Source of the DNA: a virus
Taxonomy: Duplodnaviria; Caudoviricetes
Reading direction: 5' to 3' (one strand)
IMG/VR virus record: IMGVR_UViG_3300025012_000083
Span: 1,763-65,762 of that record
Length of the DNA: 64,000 bases
The notes beneath the pieces are model-generated. The model made no database searches and was not told the origin of the DNA. It worked only from the letters and a program-made list of their open reading frames with translations. A program made the position numbers and the translations under genes. Positions within the stretch are counted from its first letter, which is position 1. Each line of letters begins with the position of its first letter. Shown here in pieces: positions 52,048 to 63,112 of this stretch.

Positions 52048-55000
52048 GTGAATATTTTGTATTATCCTAAATTATCTAAAAAGATTAGAAAAGATTGTAG
52101 TGATTGTCGGGCATGTAATCATGATGTATTTTCTAGCTCTAATTGTTCTCTATATTTTAAGACTGGTTCTAAAGAAATAGTGGGGTATCCTATATCAATT
52201 CCTTTAGAACCATGTCCAAAACCTTTGACTTATGATCAATATTTTTTATGTCGCGAAGTTTATAAAAGTAGATGGAGTGTGAATTAAAGAAGGCAAATAA
52301 ACCTTCTTTTCTTTTACTTCCAAATGCCCATTTTATAGGGATGTAAAAATTCAATTATCACTATTGGTATTATGAGAATACATAAATTTTTAGTTATGAA
52401 ATCAGCACAAAATAATAATTTATAATCTATTGCAATTATTTTAAAACTCTATATAATAAGGAGTAATTAAATAAATAAAAGGAGTTGTTTGAATATGCGT
52501 TCATTCATGGAAATTTCAAACGAATTTACAGCACTCGGAGAGCAACACGGGAAAAATGGTATTGACAACTCAAAAAGACTTTTAGAACTTGAAAAGGAAT
52601 TTGCCGAACGTGCTGAAACTATCACACAAGAAAAAATCAAAACTAAGTACAAAGGTAAAAAAATTACTTTTTGGGATAATATTAAGACTGACTATGCGAC
52701 TTCTACGCATCCTGAAGAATATCTAGGAATAGAAAGAAAATTTAGTGACAAAGACGGAGTTTTAGTTGACTGGTATACACATAAAGCAAGTTTTTACGGA
52801 GTAAATAAAGAAGCTGAATAAAGCTTCTTTTTCTTTGTCCTCATATTGTACTAATATAATTAATATGCTAAAATGAATTATAAATAAATTTAAGGAGTTG
52901 ACCAAACATGGAAATCACAAAAGAATACAACTATGACTGGGAGATCCCAAAAGAAATATTCTTAAGTCATTGCAGTAAAGTTGGTAAATTATTAGTGCAA
53001 TTTCCCTTAGAAGCAAAGAGAGTAGATTTTAGATTCGATGGAGGACAAAACTTAGAAAAGATAACTAAAAAGAATATATTTCTTAAGACTTCGGATACCT
53101 TGAAAAACAGAGAAATAATAAAAGAGTATAGAGGTAAAATAAAAGAAGTTGACGAGTCGGAATATATATACTGGGAGAAAGGGCATAAACGGAAGGTATT
53201 AAAAGCCATTGAAGAAGGTATGCCAGTGCCGGAAGAAGTTAAAAAGGATTATACTATAAACTAGGATCTTATTCCTAGTTTTTCTTTTGTCCTACTAGTA
53301 CCTTAAAACCTATATTTTAACCCTTGCACGAATCTACCGGATCAAAAATAAATGTAAAATAATTTTTAAAATTCTAACACAAATATAAAAATGTATGCTA
53401 TAATAAATCATCAAATAAATTTATATGGAGGTTATGAAAATGAGAGATGTATTAGTTTTTGATCGAGACACAAACCAAGAAGCGGTAATTCAAGCAAAAA
53501 CATTAATCGAAGCCACTAGAAAATACATGAAACAAAATAAAATCAGCGGAAATGTTAAGCGCACCAGTGATAATGGATGGAGATTCAACGCGATAGAAAT
53601 TCAGAAAGGAGAATACATAGACAGGATAAAAGTTGGAGTAAATAGTTGGTATTTGTGGACAAACTAAGAACTAAGCAATTAGTTCTTTTTCTTTTCCCTA
53701 AAATCCTTCCTACACGCTCACAAATCCTCTATAATCGCTCAGAACTCTATACCCTATATTATCGCACCACAAGCAAAACATAACCCTTTATACGCTCAGT
53801 AAATATAAAAATAATTATTTCCAACATGACTATTCGCGCCTATTATGTGCTATAATATATGAAATGGTACATATTTAAGGAGTTGGAGCAAATGTTTAAA
53901 TTGACTATTTACGAAAATGGTTATATTTTTGAAACTGAAAAAGGCAAAATTAATTACGGAAATATACCATCTGATATAAGTGAAGCAACTGAATTTAATG
54001 GTCAAGAAGCATATAAACAATTTTGGCTATTACGATTCAATAAACAAGATGAGAAAGTACAAAACATCTTAAAAGCAGTATATCCCAATTATTTAGAGAG
54101 ACTAGAGACCGAACAACTTAAAACTCCTGACAAGTTGTGGAATATTGCAATTAACAAACTAGTAAAATTAGAAACTAAATTCATGAAAGAATGTACTCGT
54201 TGCGGAGGGACAGGACATTACTCATACAACCAACAAATAGGAACTAAATGCATAAAGTGTAATGGATTGAAGTATACATTACCTAAAATCACCAAAAAAT
54301 GGCTAGAAGATGTTACAGAATATTTTCAAAAGTAATATTAGGAGGTTTTTACCTCCTATTGTTTTTTATGATATAATATTAATTAATTTTCAGAAAGAAG
54401 GACTAATAATGAGAAGAGAAAAATTAAAACATTTTGCTAATAAAATAATTGACATTAATTTGTATGATTATATATTAGATAATTATGACATTGACAATTG
54501 GGATGAAGTTATAAATTATATATCTGATTTAAGTAGAAATCATAAAGATAAAAAGTGGTATATTTCAAATAATTCTATTAAACTTGCTATTAAAATTAAA
54601 ACAGAATTAAATATAGATGTTTTCCTTATAATATTTAGAACTTATGCGGGGAAATGGTTAAAAGCCGGAGCAGCTTTTACATGGTTTATGTATATGGATA
54701 ATACTGGTATAATTGGAGGATGTTCTAATGCTTCAAAATATATTAAAAAGAATAGTAGATTAGAATTATATACAGGAGATAATGATTTGGAATTAATGAT
54801 TAATGATTTGGAATTAATGATTAATGATTAGAGATTAGGCCACAAACCTAGTCTTTTCTTATGTCTAAATATAAAATCCTCCTTCCAACTCTCACTAACC
54901 CCAAACATAACGTGCAGAATACCATCTCTAAGCCCTTATAATCTATATCCTTATATAATTCCCCTCTAACACGTTTTAAACCTGCTAGAATCAAAATACA

Positions 55001-55373
55001 GATATGAGGCCCATGAATGTTAAAATAATATTATATTGACATTGTAGCGGTCAATCCTTATAATACTAAGTAATTACATATTATTTAGGAGGTTGAGCAA
55101 ATGGAGAATTGGCAAATTGAATCATCTAGCTACCACGACAAGAAAAAGAATAAACTATGGATCACTGTACTAATAGAGGACACTAACAACTACATAGAAA
55201 AATGGGAGCATAACTATTACATTTACTGCATGGTAGAATTTATTAAAGGTAACGAACCCAAAATTAATTTTGCTATTCCAAACGCCAGAGGATTGAAAGG
55301 AATAGAACTTACAGAGTATCAAAAAGAATTAGTAATAAACGCAGCAATCGAAACAAGTAAAAAATACAATTAA
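52048..55373 (+). CDS. Seven small early ORFs, one with a DnaJ-type Zn finger (CTRCGGTG...CIKCNG, ~53892-54335)
   Basis: ORFs 52048-52287, 52489-52821, 52908-53264, 53425-53667, 53859-54335, 54310-54831 and 55101-55373, each ending in a hairpin terminator. Confidence 0.6.
54780..54828 (+). repeat. 21-bp tandem duplication at an ORF end
   Basis: TAATGATTTGGAATTAATGAT x2, giving NDLELMI-NDLELMI-ND. Confidence 0.8.
55036..55064 (+). promoter_or_regulatory. Consensus sigmaA promoter
   Basis: TTGACA-N17-TATAAT. Confidence 0.8.
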
Positions 55374-55651
55374 GACTAGCTGAAAATTCTAGTCTTTTTC
55401 TTTGTCTAAAATAAAATCATGTTAATCATTTAGCCGGATCAACTCATTTTCCATTTTTAATCCTTCACAAACCAAAAACACACGCACATAAACGGCCCTT
55501 CTTTCCTTCAGATTGCATTGCCCTTTATAATCTTACCTAGCATCGATTTAAACGTCTCAGAATCAAAATAGGGTTAATTGTGACTGAAAACCTATATAAT
55601 TCACCTATAAATTAAATATAAAATTTATTTTTAAAATACCTCAAAAGGGTA

Positions 55652-55680
55652 TTGCAATCTTATTCAACATGTATTAAAAT
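55652..55680 (+). promoter_or_regulatory. sigmaA promoter heading the long right-hand unit
   Basis: TTGCAA-N17-TAAAAT. Confidence 0.65.
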
Positions 55681-55689
55681 AAGGCCATG

Positions 55690-56315
55690 GAAGAGATACA
55701 TAAACCACTAGGAAGTAGTTAGTGGTCATTGAATACAAAAATAAAGGTTTTCCGATTTGCCCTCAAAAAATCGAGGTGACTGGTAAAACAGCCTAAAAGC
55801 TCTTTGAAAACTGAATAAAACTTTCCTGAAGTTATACAAAAGTTGTTTATATGTCTATAAGTTCGCTTGCGTCTGATGGCAATTAAACAATATGGAAATA
55901 CTGGCTCTAAGGTAGCCAAGGAAGTAATAGGGAAAGGCTTAAAACCTCTCTTTTATATTATCTAATTCTCTATCCTTCATAAATTCTAGCATATGGGATA
56001 TTCCCTCTATATCAAAATTTTCTTAACAGCGTCCCTTAGTCGAATGATGATCTAAGACAGCCAAAAGAAAATAAAGATACACGGAATACAAAATATGTTA
56101 GATTTTATAAAGGATAGAGGAAAAGATAAAAACATTCTATAAATCCCTTCAGTTTATTCATTATTACAATTTAATCATAACAATTCATTTAAACTTGCAT
56201 AACATTATTAAAATGCAGGTTGTTGTAATTTAATGTTAAATTGTCTATACTTAGGGCTGAAGGGATTGAATTTTCCGCAAGGTGTGAACTTATAACAATG
56301 AGTTTAGACCTTGTT
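55690..56315 (+). ncRNA. Long structured leader RNA
   Basis: About 650 nt without a plus-strand ORF; stems ACCACTA/TAGTGGT, TCTATCCTT/AAGGATAGA, AATCCCTTCAG/CTGAAGGGATT. Confidence 0.5.
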
Positions 56316-56347
56316 TAAAATTTAAAGAATGAAAGAGGTTAAAAATT

Positions 56348-56901
56348 ATGAGTATGTACGCAATTGTCAAAGTTTTTAACACTGGTAAAATGGAGATTCA
56401 ACAGGCCACAATCGGAACTAAGGAGTTTGCAGAATCTCAAATGGAATCATGTTTAAATCAGGATGAATCAAATATATACAGAGGAAACATCAAAAAATGT
56501 CAAGAAAAAGGTATCGATCCAACTATGTGGATTGAAGCATTAAATTTACATGAGAATCTACGTGTAACTTATCAAGTTTGTCAAATTGGAATTATTCTAT
56601 AGTACTTTTAGAGTTTTTGAATTAATGCGCTGTGATAATAACAATGCATAGCGTGTTGACGTGTAAACTTGAAAGGAAGTGTTGAAAAATGAATGATGGA
56701 GAACGAGTGGAATTAATTAAGAATTGCTTAGATAATCCATATATCAAAAAGGGAATGCAGGGTATTGTATGGAACGATTTTGTTGGATATGATGGACATA
56801 TCACAATTCAATTTGATTTCGATATTTGCGGAAATACTATAGTCAGAGACAAATATAACACTTGGAACATTAAACCAGAATTTTTAAAGGTTATTGGTTA
56901 A
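56348..56901 (+). CDS. Two small ORFs (56348-56602 and 56689-56901)
   Basis: RBSs; each preceded by an AUAACA-loop hairpin. Confidence 0.6.
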
Positions 56902-56996
56902 AGTTAATTCCTAAAAGTTTGTTGGTCATAAGATAGCGGAGACTATAACAGATTCGCTATCTTGCGTCGAGTCAAACTTATAAGGAGTGGTAAGAA

Positions 56997-58311
56997 ATGG
57001 CTAAAGAAATGAATGTAAAAACTTTAGGAATTGTTGGTCTAGTATCTCAACTCAAATCAGGTCAAATTAACAGAGATGCTGAAATGCAGCGTTCATATGT
57101 TTGGGGGCAAAAAGAACAAACTGAACTTATTGACAGTGTTTTTCAAGTGTCAACTACTTATATTCCTCCCTTGATTGGTGCGGAAACTGAGGTTGAAATT
57201 GAGGTAAAAGGCAAACTAGAAAAAGGTTATCGACCTTTTGGATGGAAAGCAACGTTCCACTACTTTAGAAAAATTCCTAAACGATGAAATAAAATTAGGT
57301 CATAACATTCGGCCTGTTGTAATCGAAAATGAAGACGATACAATCGAAACTTACATAGTCGCAGGGAAAAAGTGGAGCGAATTACCGGACAGAGCGAAAC
57401 AAGTTTTCAAGAATTGCAAAATTCAAATGGTCTATTTTAAGGATATGACACAACATGAACGAGAGCTTCAATTTATCAAACTCCAAGGAGGTAAAAAATT
57501 AAGCAATGCAGAAGTAAATAAAGTTCGTATTGGTGGTACTGTCAGAGAGTTCATTTATAAGCAATTGGCAACAGACCTATGGACAAAACATGTTGCTATT
57601 TCTTCTAATCGCGAAGTAAAATTTGAAGCAATGCAACAAACTTTAATGGTTATGTCTAGAAATTATGACTTATCCGGCAAGTCATTACAAGCCTTTTCAG
57701 AGGATTCTATAATGGTCACTGATGACATCATAGAGCAAGTTGAACAGGTCACAGAATACCTAAATGAAGTTGTAGCACTTATCAAAAAATTCTCATTACC
57801 TGCTGAACTTCAATCCCTTGAAGAATCTGAAGTTATAACCAAACTCGAACCTAAAGAGCTTAAAAAGTATCTCAAGACCATAGACTATCTCAAGAAGGTA
57901 AATGTTCCTATCATCTATAATACTGCCTTAAAAGCCCTTCAGAACGATGTAAATACAAAAGACTTCGCTAAGTTTATCTCTAAATTCTTTGAGAATGTTT
58001 CTGCTAAATATAAGAGCAAAACGGAATCAGGAAGTTCTGATTCTGATAAAGTTAAGGCTAGAATTGATATGCTGAACGATGCCTTAATTAGCGAGTTTAA
58101 AATTGTGGAAAAGGTTGTTGAAGTAAAAGCGGAAGAGATTCAAACTGAAAACCTTGAATCCACTATAACAGTGAGCGCAGAAGAGTTCAGCGATGAAACA
58201 GAAAATAAAGAAGAACAGTCAGAACAAACTATCAATGATAAACAAGAACAGGATCAAGAATTCCAAGAAGAAACTCAAGCAATCCTAAACATTGTAAACA
58301 ATGTTGCTTAA
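56997..58311 (+). CDS. DUF262 (ParB-like/GmrS-like) protein split by a +1 frameshift
   Basis: QRSYVW...LIDS...IPP in the first ORF and DGKQR in the second; removing one A from 57220-57224 restores EKVIDLLDGKQR. Confidence 0.75.
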
Positions 58312-58411
58312 TCCATAAATAATTGTATCTGGAGTCTAGACAATAACAATATTAATTTGCTATTGTCTAGCATTCGAGGTAAAGTTATTATATTCAAAGG
58401 AGGTCAAACAA

Positions 58412-59646
58412 TTGCAATTCTTAACCCACTACGAACGCTACAACGTGTTAAAATGGGAGCAACGTCAAATCATGCCAAGTTCAAATTTTGTGGCCTTAAA
58501 CAATTCCTTTATGAGCCACAATTCTTCCTTGATAGGTTTCCAGGTTGAACATGAAGACAAACGAGTTCATTATTCAGTTAGTAATATGTTTCTTAACAGG
58601 TTGCAAGCTCAATTTCCTGATAACTGGTTAAAAATTCTTAATGATGGTATGATAGCAGAGTTTAAACAGTGGGAAAGAGGTATATATTCTAACATGTATC
58701 AAGAGGGATTTTTCAGTTAATAAAATCTATTACCCAAATCTTAAAATAAAATTTAGAGAATTAGCCTTAATTCTCTTTTAAGTTCATACAAAATAGGTTA
58801 TAATATTTATAACAAATGTATGAACTTAAAAGGCAATTGTGGAGAATATCTATAACAATTGACCTAGAATACTTGAAGGAGGTTCACAAGTGAAATATTG
58901 TGATTTTTGCAATGAGTCTTTCGACGTTCAATTTGTTACTAAATATGAAACATTGATACACAAAAAGAAAGTATTATATATTTGTGAGTATTGTAATGAT
59001 GAGCATTCAGAATATGACGATGCTGAAGAAATGCAGTCGATTACTTATGGCGATTCGATTTATTACCCTTCACGCTTGCTATAACAAATCAAAGGAGAGT
59101 GATTTTATAATGGAAAAATTAAGTTTTGATATAAACAATGGAAGCACTGTTGAACTAATACAATTTAAACATGATGGAAGTGTATTAATAACAAAGTATG
59201 ACAGCAAAGGCAATCAAGAAACGAATACAGAATCTATTTCTGCAGGTGATTTTATAACAATGCTTAATTGGTATAGGTATGAAAAAGGGAAAGGAAATCA
59301 CAGTTTAAATTTTGACTAACCATTCTTTATCTCGACAGTGGGCAGGTAACATAACAATAACAATGTTATTTGCCTAGTTTCGAAATTAAGAAAGGAAGTG
59401 TATAGAATGAAAGATTTTGTAATTAATAACGTGAATATGATCAAAGAAGATTTTTCGCAAATGATTAACTATGTAGGTCAAAGAGCTATCGCATTAGCCG
59501 AAGTAGAAGAAGGTATTGCAATTAATACTTCTAACCCTTTAAACGAAAAAGATGTTCATAGTAGTATTATATTTTTCTTTGAAAAATGGAATAGGGTTTA
59601 TAAATTAGATTACGGACGAAATGATATTGAAATCGTTTGGAGTTAA
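58412..59646 (+). CDS. Four small ORFs (58412-58720, 58890-59084, ~59109-59319, 59398-59646)
   Basis: RBSs present; the second ORF has two CxxC pairs. Confidence 0.6.
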
Positions 59647-59754
59647 TAACTTTAAATTCTAATTTTGATTGTATGGAAATAGGGCGAAGTGACATAACAA
59701 TAACAGGACTTCGTCTTGATTCGAGACTATCAAAATTTAAGGAGCGTGCATATT

Positions 59755-60012
59755 ATGACAAAGAAAGAAAACTTTAAATTAATTGCGGAGATTGCAAAAA
59801 GAGCAGAAAGTATGAATTTACTCATGTTTGACAGATTTTCTTTAATTATGGATTTAGAATGTGCGAACCGTGAATTCAATTTGAGACTTGAAGAATTTTT
59901 GGATGCAGATAATTTTAATTTTGCTCATGATATTAGCGGTATCCAAAATAATCTAAACAGACAAACGAAGCAATTTGAAAATTGTTTTTTGCCTAGATTT
60001 TCAAGCAAATAG
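59755..60012 (+). CDS. DUF6874-like phage protein
   Basis: MDL...L.LEEFLDADNFNFAHDISGI...CFLPRF; ATG at 59755 after AAGGAG. Confidence 0.6.
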   Translation: MTKKENFKLIAEIAKRAESMNLLMFDRFSLIMDLECANREFNLRLEEFLDADNFNFAHDISGIQNNLNRQTKQFENCFLPRFSSK

Positions 60013-60030
60013 ATTAAAACCAAACTTTTA

Positions 60031-60115
60031 AGGCATTTTGCAGAGTGTAAAGGGTAATATATCTATAACAATTGCCCTTTATTAATGCACTGGCACACGT
60101 TTCAAGTCGTGGCCT
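60031..60115 (+). ncRNA. Twister ribozyme (type P5), possibly degenerate
   Basis: GCA-GAGUG-[P1 hairpin]-UAA-UGC-AC...CAC-GUUUCAAGUC-GUG, closed by AGGC/GCCU; T1 pairing imperfect. Confidence 0.6.
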
Positions 60116-60143
60116 ATGCTAAACTAAGAAAGAGGTTATCAAC

Positions 60144-60482
60144 ATGACTAATGAACTAAAAGAGCGCATTAAAGAAGAAAATAAATATTCCGATTTATTA
60201 AAAAGCAATCCAAAATATATTCTTCAAGGTTGTGACATGAAAACTAAAAAGCGTATCGTTGGAATTATTCGAGGGAACCCAAACGAATATCATGTTACAG
60301 ATTTTCTAGATTACAAATATTTTGATTCTTGGAAAGACGCTTATATGCAATTAGAATTAAATAAAGTGTACTGCTCAAACTGTGGAAAATCTATAACACC
60401 AGAAGTCACAGAATACGAGGAAGGACTAGAAAATTTTGAAAGTGAAAAGATATGTCCTATATGCGAAGAATATATTAATTAA
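60144..60482 (+). CDS. Zn-ribbon protein flanked by two twisters
   Basis: 112 aa, CSNC...CPIC. Confidence 0.65.
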   Translation: MTNELKERIKEENKYSDLLKSNPKYILQGCDMKTKKRIVGIIRGNPNEYHVTDFLDYKYFDSWKDAYMQLELNKVYCSNCGKSITPEVTEYEEGLENFESEKICPICEEYIN

Positions 60483-60555
60483 TCTTGCAGAGTGGTAGAG
60501 CGTATAACAAAACGCTCTATTAATGCACAAGACAGGTCACAAGTCCTGTTAAGAT
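60482..60555 (+). ncRNA. Twister ribozyme (type P5)
   Basis: GCA-GAGUG-GUAGAGCGU/ACGCUCUAU-U^AA-UGC-AC-AA-GACAG-GUCACAAGUC-CUGUU; GUG/CAC and AC/GU pseudoknot pairs; AUCU/AGAU closing stem. Confidence 0.8.
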
Positions 60556-60580
60556 GCTAAATTATTAGGAGGAATATATA

Positions 60581-63037
60581 ATGTCCAAATCTCTTCAAAC
60601 TTTAAAAACCAACATTACTAAAGGCTCACAAAGACTTTCCAAAACTACTATTAAAAACATCGTAAATGCCGGAGAATTTGATAAAATTGAACTTGCCTAT
60701 TCTTACGATGGCAGAGAAGTCCACAAAGGGACTTTGATCGAAAATCCTGTTGAATGGTTCAATAAAGAGTATGAATTATTGGACGTTCGGCTCTACAAGG
60801 TAGAAAAAGGTTTAGTTTTAATTCATTTGCAATTCCATTCTAACCTATGGTATGCTCTACATATTGACTTAAATAAAAACTATGAAACAACCAACGCACC
60901 AGGAGTTAAAGCAGAAAATAAAGTTCAAGATGTTCAAGTAACGGAAACAAAAACCTATCTTGACACAATGCAAAGCAAATTCAAAACAGGAGAAGGAACA
61001 GCAGAGGAACTAAGATCCTATTATACTTATTTAATTGAAAATGTTGATTCTGTAAAAGTTGTAATTCTTGACATGCTGAACAATTCAGAACAACACAAAC
61101 GGAAACGTGCAAATACTAAAGCGGAATTGACTGAGGATTGCTATAACAACATGGTAGAGGCTCTTGTATATCATGTTAAAGACACTTTATCTTACCAGAT
61201 GGATTTTACTGATATCAAAGGAGCAAGACAAAGAGCTATCAAGACAATTCTTGATTCTGCTACTGACGAAATGATACAAACCCAATATACCAAAAACAAA
61301 GCAGAGAAAGAAGAAAGAACAGTACAAAGAAAGGAATTAATTGAAGGGATTACAAATCCCCAAACCCTAGAGGATTTCCATAATGTCAAATATTATCGCA
61401 ATGACAAAAACTTGACCATTGAAGAACAACAGCGTTTTGATCATATTTATTCAATCTCTCAGAAAGTAAAGAGAGAAAAAGAACAGCAGGAGCGAAAAGA
61501 AAAAGCACTTGCAACAGTTGTCGGATCAAATGACATGTACGCTATAACAGCAGACGTTGACACACGCGACAATTCTCCTCTATGGGTTGTAAAACTCATA
61601 AATACTCTTAGTAAAGATGAATGGAGAATTCATGATTCACAAATGAAATTAATTAGCGGTTATTATTCAAGATTCAAAAAAGGCCACATTTTCAAGTATG
61701 ACCCAACATCTAAATTATTAGGAGAACAGTCTGAAGAAAACCAAGTAGAACAGTTGGAAGAAATCCAAGCATCTAGCAATAACAGCGACAAACTACGCAA
61801 GGTAGCAGACAACATGCAAAACACAATTGACAACAAAAGAGCAAACATACTGACAAATACTGCAAGAAGAGCAAGAATGGCAATAGGTCAAGAAGAGCAA
61901 GCAGACACATTAGAACAAATGCAGGGAGTTTTGCGAAATATTGCAAATGCTATTGAATATGGTGAATTAACATTTATTAATCTTATTGATTCTAGGACAC
62001 AAGTTGACACACTAGAAAGCATTCTTAATCGTGCAAACTGGAAATATAAATCAGTTGAAAATATTGATTATAATGTATGGCATAATTCTCCAATAACAAC
62101 AGACATTATTAGGTTCGCAGAAATTCCCTCAAGTACAATTTATCTTCGTCAATTACAGTCTATTATTAATGATATTCGCAATACTGACGGTTTTAAACTC
62201 ATTGCAAACCGATTGCAAAAACTAATTGACAATGCAAAATTAAAGCAAAAAGATCCTCACCATGACCCACTAATTGATATTTCAGATTATGATGCTGAAC
62301 TTGATAAGATTTACAAAAATACTGATGTTTTGTACAATCAATATTTTGAAACCGCAATCGAAGAACGCAGGAGATTATCAAGAATGGGCATAGAATCAGT
62401 TGAAGAATTAAGGGAATATCTAAGGGAATACTTCAATTATCGAACCGTTAAAAGCTCAATTGACCCAACTCAACAAAAAATTAAAGAGTTGGAAAGAAAA
62501 TTCAAGTTCGATCAAAAAGGAGATACTTTCTTTACTCCTTCAGACATTGCCCTTCAAATGATTGAATTGGCCGACATATCTAATAACAGCAGAGTTCTTG
62601 AACCTTCAGCCGGAATTGGAAATATTGCAGACCAAATTCAAAAGTTTGTTGACAATGTTGATGTTTGTGAACAGATGTATTCATACCAAGAACTGTTAAC
62701 TCTCAAAGGTTTTAATGTTGTAGGAAGTGACTTCCTGAAGTATGAAAATAACAATTATTACGACTGTGTGATAATGAATCCCCCATTTTCAGCAGAACAG
62801 GATCACATTAAACATGCTTATGATCTTCTTAAGGTTGGTGGAAAACTCATTGCAATTACTTCGCCGCATTGGACTTTTGCCAATGACAAATCATCAAAAG
62901 AATTCCGTCAATGGTTCGAGAATTTGAATGGTGAAATTGTAGAAGAATTAGAGTCAGGAACTTTTGAGATGACACAAGTTAGATCAAATATAATTGTCAT
63001 TAATAAAGACACTGAGACCATGCAAAAGGCTGTATAA
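60581..63037 (+). CDS. Large protein with C-terminal N6-adenine methyltransferase domain
   Basis: FFTP, VLEPSAGIGNI and IMNPPF motifs in the last ~190 aa; long helical N-terminal region. Confidence 0.8.
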   Translation: MSKSLQTLKTNITKGSQRLSKTTIKNIVNAGEFDKIELAYSYDGREVHKGTLIENPVEWFNKEYELLDVRLYKVEKGLVLIHLQFHSNLWYALHIDLNKNYETTNAPGVKAENKVQDVQVTETKTYLDTMQSKFKTGEGTAEELRSYYTYLIENVDSVKVVILDMLNNSEQHKRKRANTKAELTEDCYNNMVEALVYHVKDTLSYQMDFTDIKGARQRAIKTILDSATDEMIQTQYTKNKAEKEERTVQRKELIEGITNPQTLEDFHNVKYYRNDKNLTIEEQQRFDHIYSISQKVKREKEQQERKEKALATVVGSNDMYAITADVDTRDNSPLWVVKLINTLSKDEWRIHDSQMKLISGYYSRFKKGHIFKYDPTSKLLGEQSEENQVEQLEEIQASSNNSDKLRKVADNMQNTIDNKRANILTNTARRARMAIGQEEQADTLEQMQGVLRNIANAIEYGELTFINLIDSRTQVDTLESILNRANWKYKSVENIDYNVWHNSPITTDIIRFAEIPSSTIYLRQLQSIINDIRNTDGFKLIANRLQKLIDNAKLKQKDPHHDPLIDISDYDAELDKIYKNTDVLYNQYFETAIEERRRLSRMGIESVEELREYLREYFNYRTVKSSIDPTQQKIKELERKFKFDQKGDTFFTPSDIALQMIELADISNNSRVLEPSAGIGNIADQIQKFVDNVDVCEQMYSYQELLTLKGFNVVGSDFLKYENNNYYDCVIMNPPFSAEQDHIKHAYDLLKVGGKLIAITSPHWTFANDKSSKEFRQWFENLNGEIVEELESGTFEMTQVRSNIIVINKDTETMQKAV

Positions 63038-63112
63038 GTTATAACAACCATACTACAAGGGTTCGAGGGTATCCCTAAAAAATACCCTTACTATTTTAAA
63101 AGGTGGTTTATT

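Noticed and set aside
54780-54828. Tandem repeat as a functional array
   Set aside because: Just over two copies of a 21-mer at a gene end; simple slippage duplication.
55870-55900. Hammerhead ribozyme (CUGAUGG...GAAA)
   Set aside because: Core deviates from CUGANGA and stems I-III could not be formed convincingly.
56140-60560. CRISPR-like array from recurring ATAACAAT
   Set aside because: Only a 6-9-nt loop motif recurs; stems differ, spacing is set by genes, and no cas genes are present.
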